This document shows, piece after piece, positions 13,918-26,268 of a DNA stretch of 64,000 nucleotides (positions are counted from its first letter, which is position 1; each line of letters starts with the position of its first letter). Origin of the DNA: Dimorphilus gyrociliatus (lineage: Eukaryota > Animalia > Annelida); assembly GCA_904063045.1 (NCBI GenBank), contig CAJFCJ010000019.1, positions 2,061,700-2,125,699 of the forward strand, written 5' to 3'. The notes below the pieces were generated by a model that ran no database searches, was not told the DNA's origin, and saw nothing but the letters and a program-made list of their open reading frames with translations. Position numbers and translations under genes: made by a program.

Positions 13918-14321
13918 TTGCGATCAGTTTTGTATGTAGAAAGGTCGATTGAAATTAAGCAAAGTACAACAAATATAAGTTCCTAATATCGGTCTCTGTT
14001 TATAACTAATATCAAAAAAGCGATAGAGTAGTAATTACTGATTAATATTTGGTGTTGCAACTGATAACAACTATTAAGATTGCAGGTGATCTATTTATTA
14101 TGCTTCCGAATAATCAAAGTATTAAGACATTGTAAAATTTGAACAATTTTCGGTACGAAATAGTATTGATAAAGTTGTGATTTGTAAAGGCTAGATTTTG
14201 GAATATGCGCCATCTATTGTTGTTTTAAGGAAAAGCTCACGCTACACTACTAATACCATACGAAAGAACTGAAAAAACTTTTCAGTTTTGACGAAAAATC
14301 GTATTGTAGCTATGACTAAGT

Positions 14322-14931
14322 ATGGCTGGTAGTGTGTTATTGAAAAGTTTTGCTAGAATTTCAGCAAATTTAGCTGAAAGAACATCAGTACAATGTGTTT
14401 CGGTAAGGTATGCAGGATACTGGAATAAAGATTGGAGGCCAGGTAAGACAACTATTTAATTGATTATCTTGAAGTGAGTGTAGGTTACCGTGACATTGAT
14501 TGTATTTTCAAATAGGACCCTATCCTGTTACTCCTGAGCAACGTGAAGCTGCAGCAAAAAAATATGGTCTGCGAGTAGAAGATTATGAGCCATACCCTGA
14601 AGATGGATTTGGATATGGTGACTATCCGAAGCTACCGTACACTTCGGCCGAATCCCGTGACCCTTATCAAAACTGGGATATACCTACAATGATGAGAAAT
14701 TATGGTGAACCAATGCATACTAATTGGGATATCATACAGGAGGATAAATGGGATGCTAGCCGAAGATGGCAAGTTCCACCATGGAAAATGGCTCTCATGT
14801 GCATTGGTAGTTTTGGTGGAATAATTTTGACATACTATTTGTTAGAACCTTATCCATTTTTTGTTCCTATGATGCCGAAACAATTCCCGGAAGAGGGTGT
14901 ACAACATTATACATTTAAAAGCCAGGATTAA
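14322..14931 (+). CDS. NDUFB8: NADH dehydrogenase 1 beta subcomplex subunit 8 (ASHI)
   Basis: Exons 14322-14442 (transit peptide, WNKDWRPG) and 14516-14931 (PYPVTPEQREAAAKKYGLRVEDYEPYPEDGFGYGDYPKLP, RDPY..WD, GEPMH, one TM helix, PKQFP). Confidence 0.95.
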
Positions 14932-15448
14932 TAGTTGTATTTAGTAAATTATGGTGTACAATAAAAAAACACACCAATCATTATCGCAATCATTTAATAT
15001 ACATTGTAGAGCAAGAGCGAGAAAGAAAGCACTATAAAGGGGAACGATGATAGAAGTTCTTGCGTTAAAATACATCTTCCAATTTTCTTAGGGTAGTTTC
15101 TCCGGAGCAGTTTGTAATAAATCATCTATGATGCCAGAGTATTTTTGGTGTCCTTATCGATATTTTTCCGAGGGTCGGAGTAGCACCAAAAATATTTATG
15201 TTTCCTTAAAACTATTGAGGAAATTAAAAAGTCAGCACCATAGCAAACCCAATTGTTCTGTAACTTTTCAAGAAGTTGAATATTATAATAATTCTCCTAA
15301 TGAAAGGTAATTTGACATTTTCAAGATAATGCAGGAGCCAATAATTTCTTCTGTAGGACTAATTCTTACTGCTTGATGTATTAGCCCTTTACAGATATAA
15401 AAAAAATCTTTACATTTGTTCTGTAAAAAATCTATGCAGAGTACTCAC

Positions 15449-16400
15449 CTTTTTATTACTTCTGACGAATTTTCACTCAGACTCCTCTCCCTGCGTGCTG
15501 ACAGTAATGGTCTTCTATGTTTATAGGTATTTTCTTCTCTGGCTGATTTCTCTTTTGCTTCCGATTCGGCCGTTCGCCTTTCATGATCAGCTTGTAAATT
15601 AGTTACTTGTTGTCTTAGTCGGTAGACTTCGTTTCTCAAACTGGCTGCACTAGAATCATCTTCAATATTATTTCTCGGTGAAGGAATATCTGTATGACCA
15701 TTTAATTGTTGTTGTAAACGTCTTTTCTCGGATTCAAGAGTACTCATTCGTTTCCAAAGTCTATTAACTAGAGCCTCTTGTTCGTGCTCCAGCTCGTTTT
15801 CTAATTGAACTTTATCGCGACGTAGCTCCTCTAGCAAAGCTTGTTTATGTTTTATATCGGCTTCGAGGCGTTCGGTATTCTTTTTAAGTTTATTTATTTC
15901 CTTTTGTTGTTCGTGTTCTAGAGTTGTTTCTAGGGTTTGCTTCTCCTGCTGGAGTTGAAAGAGTTTTCGGCTGAGATCATTCGTGAGGCATTCTTCTTCC
16001 TGTTCGTATTTCATTGCCAATTCTTCCTTGTCTTTCTTGAGGGTTTCAATGGTTTTTAAAAGGGTATTCGATATAAATTCTTCTTCTTGCTCAGCACGAG
16101 CTTGCTAAAAATTTACGTTAAATGATTTTGTTAAAGTATACTTTTAAAAATATTCATAAAATAAAAAAAATAACGAACTATTGAAACACTGGCCCTTCTT
16201 AGTCGAACATTATCATCTTCGAGTGTCTTTACTCTTTGTTTATACTTTTCCAGCTCTGTTTTAAGGACAACGTTCTCTTGTTGAAGCGATTCCATTCTCC
16301 TCTGCATGTACTCAATATGATTAGGAGTCATCAGTCGGGCTGTTGGGCCGTCATTCATGGAATTTGTATCGCTTTCTAATTCACTAGCACTATCAGCCAT
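15449..16400 (-). CDS. CCDC6: CCDC6 copy B, with a divergent C-terminus (terminal exon not resolved)
   Basis: Exons 16400-16179 and 16104-15449. Nearly identical to copy A until ...AREEN, then unrelated sequence (TYKHRRPLLSARRERSLSENSSEVIKR). GTGAGT donor at 15448. Confidence 0.88.
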
Positions 16401-17748
16401 ATTTTGGGTGTTACTAAATCATGAGTGATAATCAGGTGAATAGTCTCAAAACATATTTAATATCATTTTATAAAAATGTATGATATTTATCAAAAGCTAG
16501 AGACTAATATTAAACTATTAGCGGGAATGTAAAACTTTTAGAAAAGGCATTAATTAATTATTTCTACACGTACAATTAGATACATAATTAAACAAGTCTT
16601 CGAAAGATAATTTACTGTTATAAATTGTCTTTTTTATTTAGATATTCTACCGTTAAACTCTATTAATAGTGCCTAATTAAAGAAAGAAAATATAGATTTA
16701 CACTTATTACTCGAAATCTAATTAATCTTGTAGTTGATATCGATAACGAGTTGAAAACAGCGTTGTTTTTTTTTTATTTTTTTTTAAACAGATGTTCTTT
16801 TTTTTAATAGATTAGATAAAATAATTTTAAAAATTAAATAAAATATTAATGTCATAATAAAACGAAAGAACTTCAAAGGCAATGTACTATTTAATGATTA
16901 ACAACAATAACAACAACAACGACAAAGCTTTGTTTTGGTATTATTTTGTATAGGTAAAGCCTAATCCTTATACTTATGCCCACTCATGAAAATGAGTCAA
17001 ATAGAAACTGTTTTTTGTGATCGACTATAACTATGAAAATTTCGACATATATGGTCTTATTACTATGCTTATATTAATATTATATATATAACAGTAGTGC
17101 GGTTTGTTGTAAACAACACATTAGTACTTAATGTTATCCTATTGGCTAAGAGAAAGTATAAGGTGGGACATTTGTATCTACGGAAGGTGTCAATTTAGTG
17201 AATGGTTTAGGTAATTCATAATGTTTTTTCAGGTCAAAGTGATCTTAAACTCATTTTTAATGAGAAAATATAAATGTATATATATATATATATCCTGTAT
17301 ATTCAAGAAGAGCCGCCAAAGCAGGCCAGTCTTTGAAAAAAATCAATTCCTCTTTCACCAAATAATCTTTGAAAGGTTTCAAATCATATTAATATGGCCC
17401 ATTTTTACTATATATATTTCTTGATCGATCGGTCATTTCATTCAACTATAAGGAATAGGCTATATTCTGTTTTTAATATATTTACCGCTTCCATTTCTCT
17501 CTGTCTTCTAAATCTATTTCTTCTTAATTCTTCTTCTACTTCAATTTTTCTTCTGCTTCAACGTTTAGTCATCTCACTTTAAAATTTAATATCGAAAGAA
17601 ATTAAAAAAGGAGAACCTGCAAAAATAAACTGAAAAGACTGCAAATATCCTGTGGATGAAGACAAAATCTTCAAGATATGATTTCTATATCTTTCTTTCG
17701 GATGGGCTATTTGACAAGTTGAGAAAAAGAAAATAATTTATCGCAGTT

Positions 17749-20727
17749 ATGCATGTTAGTAAAAAAATGAAAACTAATCTTTTACATCCTGCATATATAT
17801 TATTTGGAGTATTTATCGGATATTTAATGGGTAGTTCAATGAGCAGCTTCATATGCTTTCAACCTAGAGCAAAGTCCAATAGAATTTATAACTTACAAGC
17901 TTCTGAAGAAAATCTCAGACCGAGAAAAACACTCTTTGTTGCTGTTATGACAGCAAGGAAATTTTTAGAGACTAGGGCAAAAGCCTGTAATAATACATGG
18001 GGACAGCATACTACTGTACAGTATTTTGCACAAACCGGAAGTTTGAAAGAAAATGGTCTAGATATTGTCAATTTACCAGGTAATATAAATCCCTTGTCTA
18101 AATTAACAGCTTAAATGTTACTGTTTAATAAATTTAAATATTCATCGCTTTGCAGTTAATACATATAAATAAATAACTATTTCTTTTTATTATTATTTAT
18201 TTCTTAACAAAAGTGATAAAAATAAATAAATAAATCCTATGTCACTATGTTGTAAAGTTTTCAATCTCAACGACTTAAACAGATTTTCTATTATAAATAG
18301 CTGTAATTATTGCTAAGCCTTTTTCTATCAACAAAAAAGTTTAAAGAGTTGAATGAACTTCGACAGGGATCGATGACAATGTCTACCCTCCACAAGAAAA
18401 AGCATTTAAAATGATCAAGTATATGTGTGATAAATATGTGGATCAATTCGATTGGTTTCTACGTGCCGATGATGATGCTTACTTTAGAATGGATAAGCTA
18501 GTTCCTTTTTTAAATTCTCTCAATGCTAGTGAAAAGGTTTGTGGATTATTTTCAATTGCCTACTTATCTTTCCTTTAAACGCCCTTAAAATCAAGACACT
18601 ATTCCTCCTCCTTATTAATTAACAGAAATATTTTCTATACATTTGTAGTTTCATACGAAAGAGATTTTACCTTGCTAAAATCTACTCTTCACTAAAGCTA
18701 TTTCTTTTATCATTTATTTAAAGTGGCATTACCTTCTAATGCAGTATTATCTTTATTCCTTACAAACAGTTATACGTAGGACAAGCAGGGTTTGGACGAG
18801 CGGAGAAAAAAGGTAAATTAGGACTTTCCGGTTACGCCTATTGCATGGGTGGACCTGGAATGTTTCTCAGTCGAGCTACTCTGAAAGGTAAAAACAAATT
18901 TCAATCTCAGCACATTTCCATTTATAGAAATGATCTTGAAGAAAGAAATAATATTCTGAAAGAGTTTCTTTTCTGTCATCAGCCATGTGCCCATACGTCG
19001 ATAATTGTATTAATAATGTTGTCTCGACACACGAAGACGTTGAAGTCGGCCGTTGTATTACTCAACTAACAGGCGCGCAATGTTCATCCAACTACGAAAT
19101 GAAAGAACTATTCTATTTCAATTATCGTGAACGTTCCGGAACTTTCTCTCATTCACTTGAAGAAGATAGAGATCAAATAGAGCACGCCATCACTTTACAT
19201 CCAATAAAAAATGATACATACGTTTTTCGAATGGAGAATTTCTTAAGAACAACAAATCTGAAGAAACTCCATCATAAAACAATTGAAATTCAACGAAAAA
19301 TCAAACATATTGAACGAGATATTCATGCCAAGTCTAGAAAGATTAAACGTTCAATCTCCGATCATTTCAGAGTTGGTGATGGCGAGCAGAACAGAGTAAG
19401 CAAACCACCGTCATGGAATAAAATTAAGCCAAAGACTAGGGAGCACGTTATTCCTTGGGATAGCATTGATAGTCACAGTATTGCTACAATAAATAATCAA
19501 GTACCGAAGAGAAAGTTCCAAGCCACATTTAACGAGAGCTTGGGAAAGATATTAAAGGAAGTAAATAGAATTGTTAATGTTAATGAAGATCATACAGGAT
19601 ATCACAATGATCTAAGTCAATTCCGGCTTGGGTACAAACGAGTAAATCCATTCTCTGGAGTGGATCATTTACTTCAATTTCAACAGCACTACAAATTCCA
19701 GAAGAAGAAGAAATCTCGGAAAATCCAGTTTGGAACACATCAGGCATTTGGCAGTTTGCAATCCCGATTGGTATCCGTAAATGATGATCTTCCCAACAAA
19801 GGATTTTTCGAAAGTCTGAAAGAAAAGTTCTCGGATGGATTCAGAATTTTTCAAAAGCCGAAAATAGCGAAAGTAAATTCGAGTTGTGGCCGAATTGGGA
19901 AGACTTTAAATATCGTTATGCCCCTGTCCGGCCGATATAGGACATATCTTCGTTTTATGAGGAATTTCGAAGAAATTGCACTTAAATGTGAAGAGAGAGT
20001 TAGTATAGTTATAGTATTATCGGCTATTGATCCAGAAAATCGAACTGATGATATGGTGCTTCATATGAAGAATTTGGCTAAGCAATATCCAAATCATAAC
20101 ATTCAATCGATTGTGGTTCCTGGTAAATTTTCAAGAGGAATTTCTCTTGACAGAGGAGCTCAATTGTTTGCTAAAAGAGATCTTGTCTGTTTTGTAGACG
20201 TGGATCTGATTTTAAGCAGAAACGTTTTACAGAGAATGGCCCGAAATACCATTAGAAATATTCAGGCCTATTATCCAATAATGTTCAGTCAATTTGATCC
20301 GGGAGTCAGGTGCTCTTATGGTGGAAAGTGTAGTCTACGTAATAATTTGTTCTCATTTGAAGAGAGTATGGGATATTGGAGACAAAGTTCATTTGGTATG
20401 GCGTGTGCCTACAAATCGGACTTGGATAATGTTGGAGGTTTTTTGACTGCCATAGAGGGTTGGGGAAAGGAAGACTTGGATTTATATGATAAATTTACCA
20501 CACATAATGTTCAAACAATGCGAAGTATCGATCCTGGAATGGTTCATGTATTTCATCCAATTCTGTGTCATCTAATCACTGAACCAACTCAATATAAAAT
20601 GTGTTTAGACGTTAAAGCAAGTACGTATGCATCGTTGTACATTATGTCTGCAAAATTGATGGAATATACTTCAATCTACCGGTTGAAGAGAAAGATAGAC
20701 TCCAATAAATTTTCTAAAAAAGTATAA
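17749..20727 (+). CDS. CHSY1: Chondroitin sulfate synthase, copy B (inverted paralog)
   Basis: Exons 17749-18079, 18367-18536, 18770-18887 and 18983-20727. Same exon structure and motifs as copy A. Confidence 0.88.
18788..20655. repeat. Right arm of the 1,868-nt inverted repeat (partner 4136-6003)
   Basis: Line-by-line comparison with the reverse complement of 4136-6003 gave 3 mismatches. Confidence 0.97.
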
Positions 20728-21575
20728 GAAACTCTTTTAAAAAGGATTGGTACATAAGAGAGAAAAATAATGGAATATGTTCTAAAAAGTCTAATTTGCA
20801 TTTTATTTTACGTCTAAATCTCAATGTTAAAAGTAAATTGTTATTTGAATGTGGTAAAATGAATGAAAAGTGCCAATTTGTTATAGTTCATTGATGTTTT
20901 ATATTTTGAAAAGGTTTCAGTCGAAAAAAGAAATTATATGAAATTATATTCATACTGGAATTATTGACAATTAAAAATTTTTTGATGAATACTGAGGTTT
21001 ATTGAAGTAATTTCATTAATAGTTTATGGTTGACTAATTTCAAAAGGGTAAACACAGTATACTTGCTTGTAAACAGAAATTTTTATTTTTTTTCCTTTTA
21101 TGAAAAGGACAGGAGAAAAGACTTATTCTTTATGAATAATTATGAAAAATGTTAACTTTAAAATACATAAAAAAGAAAGATGGATCATAGTTTACTAGTT
21201 AACTAATCGGTGAATTTTCATATCTTTTCAATATTGTTAATATTATATTTTTGTTAGAATATCCGTCATTCTCATCTTAGTTCTCCCCGCCCCCTGCTTC
21301 GTCTAACTTCCTCTCTGGCTAACCTAAGCCTATATATCTCATAGTATTGAAGATTTTTAAAAGGAAACTGGTTTCTTTTATCAATAGATTCAGCTCATTT
21401 TAGGCTTTTGTATATTTTTTAAAAAGTGATTGTACACGGTATAATATTAAAGTTTCTTCAACTACGCACAAACCGATTATATATATATTAGTATATACAT
21501 ATAGATATATGTATATTTATATATATATTCATATATACATATATAGGATGTGTATGGAGTACTTATGCTCTACTA

Positions 21576-24500
21576 ATGAATCGTAATTTAAGTAATCCCT
21601 ATTCTTCCTCATCATTTTTATCTAGAATAACTTTTTGGTAAGTTAATATATATATATAGACAGTATACAGATTGGTTATGATATTTCGAATATAATTCAC
21701 GGATAAATGAACAGGTGGGTAAGGCAGTTATATTGGGACAGTAATAAACTTGAAAATTGGAAATATGTACAAACAACTTACAAACATAGTAGTTGTAAAT
21801 TGCATAATGATTTTCAAAAAAATTTCCCTTTGATGCTCTTGAGAAGGTGAGAGAAATACTCTTGTTTATCCAGTTTAAAAAATGCTTAATCATTATTTTT
21901 ATAGTCAAACGGATAATGATGAAAATAGGAAGAAAAACTGCAAAAGCTTATGGCGCTTTATCATAACTAGTCAATTTTTAGAAATATGTTTTGCTTTTAT
22001 ATTAAACATTTTTCGCGTACGTATTCTATGTAATTAATATGTTAATTTATTCATAATCAAGTTTCTTTATTTAGGACATTGTTAATCTTATACTACCATT
22101 CCTATATATGTGGTTAATGCAAATTATATTACATAAGGATAGCGATAACCGTTCATTTGGTTATTATGTTGCCGGCGGTATGGGATTATGCCAATTAATG
22201 TATTGTATAACAAATATGCATTCGCATTTTTTGGCTGAAAAAAGTGGATTAAAGCTCCGTTCATTATTAACATGTGCAGTGTATAATAAGGTAGATATAG
22301 TGTTTTGTAGATTCTCTTTTCAAGAGATTATCATACTGTGTAACCCCTTTTTACGAAAATTACAGATCTTTTATACAAGCTATAAAGCAGAAGATATTGT
22401 TAATGGCTCTATATTAGGTTTAATTGAAAGAGAGTTAGAGAAAACAACTGATTTTTATGGTCTTCTAATTGAAGTAACTGGAATACCATTTTCTGTTTGT
22501 ATTGTCTCGTTTGGAATATTCTATTTTAATGGTCCATATACCGTTGTTTGCATCCTCTCTCTATCGGTATTTTTCATTGGTCTAATATGTTTTTGCATGA
22601 AGAAAGAGAATAGTTTCAAGGAAAAAATGAGAGAATATACCGACAATAGATTATTTCTTGTTGGAGAGATAATTGACGGAATCAAAACCATTAAATTAAA
22701 TGTTTGGGACGATCGTTTCTTTCAAATTGTTACTAAAATAAGAAAATTGGAAACCAAAGGCCTATTTTATTCTTTTATATTTAGAATATTCCATCTTACA
22801 TTGTCATTCTGTGCATCTAAAATTATCTTAATGTTATCACTGCTAATTTTGATGATCTTATCGAAATTTGAATTTTCACTTATTAGTTTATTCCTTATCA
22901 TTGTTCTCATCACAACAATTGAGTACAGGCTATTTGTACAATTTCCAAAACTTGCCCTAGGATTATCTGATTGCTGCGAGAGTATCAAAAGGATTCAGGT
23001 AAATGTTAATTATTCTTTATTCATTAGAATCTTCCGTAAAATAATCCAATTTATTCAAGAATTTCCTATTCGATGATCTATCGTTAAAATCAGAAGATCC
23101 TTGTTCCCGATTAACAACTCCTAAACCAGCTAGGGGTGGTAATATTTTCATAGAAATGAGAAACGGCCACATCGCAAGAGATGTAAGAGATTCTCAATTG
23201 CTAGAAGATTGATAACTAAAAATTTAAAAATAAATCCATTTTCAGTCCTACTACGAATCGGAAAAGGATAAAAACAAATACATATTAAAGAATGCTAATC
23301 TAAAAATAGAAGAGGGAAGATCTTTTGGTATAGTGGGAAGTCCTGAATCTGGAAAGGTAAGTGAAAGATTTTTAAACATATATCAATACGCGTTAATTTA
23401 TCATTTTTCATTTTAATAGACGGCTCTTGTTCTTTCTCTTCTTAAAGAAAGACAATTGGAAAAAGGAAGGTTAGAATGCTTCGGAAAATTAAGTTACGCC
23501 GCTCAAATTCCCTGGATATTTAATGCAACTTTGAGAGAAAATATCATTATGGGATGGAATTTCTGTGAAGAGAAATACATGAAAGTTTTATCAGTATGCA
23601 AATTAAATGACGTAAGTTTATTACCGAATTTATGAGTGATTGATTAGATCATTTTAGAAAAAAATTGTCTATTAGGATATTACTAGACTCCATTTGGGGG
23701 ATCAGACGATTTTGGGAACAGAAATCGCGTTGACGCCATCATTAAAGGCCCGAATATCTTTAGCTAGGTAATACATTGAGTAAAAAAATTCCTTATCATT
23801 TAGATATTAAATGATTGCCTAATTAACAGGGCTATATATAGAGAAGCTGATATATATATTTTAGACGAACCATTAGAGTGCATCAATAAAGATGAAGCAA
23901 AAGGAATACTTGATCTATGTATCTTTGGATATCTTCGTCAAAAAACAACTATTCTAGTATCTAATCAAATAGAATATTTAGAAAAGATTGATGTCCTATA
24001 TTTAATGGATAATTGTAAATTGAAACAAATAAGGAGATACTCAGATTTAATGTCTAGACCTCATATTGCGAAAAGTACACCAAATTTTGAAGGAATGGTC
24101 AAATCGGAAGCGTGGGTGGTCTCGGAAGAAAAAGGTCTTGTCGGTACAAAGACTTATGTAAATTACGCAAGATCTGGGAATGTGGGACTTTTTGCGTTAT
24201 GCATACTATTCTTGATGATTATGTTCTCTCTAAAGGTCTTTATAGACGTTACTCTTGCCGAACTCTTAATTAACGCATCTCTAAAGTTTGATAGTGGAAT
24301 TTTCAAATTATATAGCGGATTCTTTATATTAGTTATATTGATTGCCGTGTCTTTCGTAGCACAATTATGCATGCACAACTTTTTTATGAAAACCTGTCAA
24401 AATTTTCACAAGAGGATGCTCAAATCAATTCTGCATTGTAAGATGGACTTTTTTGCTAAAAATCCAAAGCATGAGATCCTCTCTCGTTTTGGAAAGGATA

Positions 24501-25946
24501 TCGGAATCCTTGATAATCTATTACCTAGCTATTTTGAACGTTGTATATCCGATTTTTTGTGCTTAGTTTGTGGCGTTGTGGTGGCAATGATGGTCGTTCC
24601 TCTATTGACACTAGCCTTCCTACTTTTAATTGTCATCTTAATCATTGTCTATAAATTCTTGGCTGGAAAGATCGTTACTCTGAAAAGAATGGGATCAAAG
24701 AGCAAACTACAATGTGTCCAATTATATGTCGATGTACTACAAGGTTTAATAAGCATTAGAGCTTTATCGAGTAACAGTCATTTTTTAACCAAAATGTACA
24801 AAGCAATGGATTCAAGATTCAACCTAGAATTCTTTCATTGTGCCGGACTTAGATGGTTGCAACTATGGATGAACATTTTAATGGTTATCTTCCAAACTTT
24901 AACTTGCCTAAGCTTTGTTTTCTATATGGATACTATAAATTCATTATACGTTGCTCTCGCCTTGGTTTATCTCCTTTTTACAACTGATTCATTTTTTGGT
25001 TGCTTTCGAAGAGCTATTGAATTAGAAACTTCTGTAAGTATAACTAGAAACTCTTCGCCATCTAATTATCTTATAATCTTATTTAGATGAGTTCTGTCAA
25101 AAAAATTCAAGCATACGCAGCCACGGAAGCTGAAGAAAACCGTGAAACTATACAAAAACCAACAGTTTGGCCGACTGATGGTGTTTTAATTGTCAATAAC
25201 TTAACTTTACACTTGGACGATTATAATCAAAACGTTCTGGATGGGGTAAATATGTATGTTTGTCAAGGTCAAAAGGTGAGTAGTACCATAAATCTACAAC
25301 TTTACTGAGTAAATAATCTGCAAATGTATTTCAATAGATTGCAGTTGTAGGTACAACTGGGTCAGGTAAATCTTGGCTAATGCCAGCGATTTTTCAAATG
25401 GTTAAATCATCCGGACGTATTATATTAGATTCTGTCGATATATTAAAATTGTCTGTTCAAGAGGCTAGAAAACCTATTTCCGCAATTCCAAGAGATCCAT
25501 TCCTCTTTTACACAACTATTAAAGGCAATCTGGATCCTCTAAACCAGTTTACTGACTTTGAACTATGGAAAGTTTTAGAGAACGTTCAGCTGGCCGCCAA
25601 AATCAGATCAATGCCTTCGCAATTAGAAACTGTTATCAGTAATAATGATGGTTCCTTCTCAAACAGACAAAAACAATTATTATGTCTGGCTCAAGCCCTG
25701 TTAGGAAAGACCTATCTTATCGTTATTGAAGAATCTGCAGACGATAAAGAAGATGCGTCTGATGCGATAATCCAATACGTTATATCGAGGCATTTGAAGC
25801 ACTGTTCAGTAATTATCATTGCCAGTAAACTGAAGAGTATCAGGGAGTGTGATAAAATCTACGTTTTTGGTAATGGTAGGATTATCGAAGAAGGAACATT
25901 TGACTCTTTATTATCGCTTGGTGGACTTTTTAGACAATTAGTTTGA
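21576..25946 (+). CDS. ABCC/MRP-family short-type (ABCC4-like) transporter with degenerate NBDs, about 1,224 aa
   Basis: Twelve exons: 21576-21637, 21715-21846, 21905-22016, 22075-22290, 22366-22998, 23060-23182, 23246-23356, 23420-23611, 23676-23767, 23830-25033, 25087-25275 and 25338-25946 (sum 3,675 nt, in frame). Lasso start NPYSSSSFLSRITFWW, KSLWRFI, GLKLRSLLTCAVYNK, KTIKLNVW, YAAQIPWIFNATLRENI, FF..NP...ILSRF.KD, WPTDG, GTTGSGKS and NLDPLNQFTD.ELWKVLE.VQL. Confidence 0.88.
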
Positions 25947-26268
25947 TTATTAATATAATAAATTATACTTCCTTTCTGTTTGCATTCTTTAAAAGTCTGA
26001 TCTTTATGTCTTCATTTTTTTTCATTTAATAAAGATATTTGATCAATGAAAAACCAATATTGTAAAAATATGAATATTTATATAGTTTAATACAGACGCC
26101 GAGAACAAAGGGAGAGAGAGACAGAGAGAGAGAGAAAGAGATTCGAATTTGGCGCCACAGTCTGTCTATTGTGTACTCCAAAAGTTTACGAGCACTGACG
26201 ATAATACGAGTCAAAACAACGTTCGATATTTCCAAAATTTAGCAGTCTCCTGATTTAGTATCTTCAAG

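Noticed and set aside
17440-17580. Purine-rich minus-strand stretch reading like a coiled coil (RRKIEVEEELRRNRFRRQREME)
   Set aside because: Bounded by stops, with no convincing exon context. Likely low-complexity intergenic or UTR sequence.
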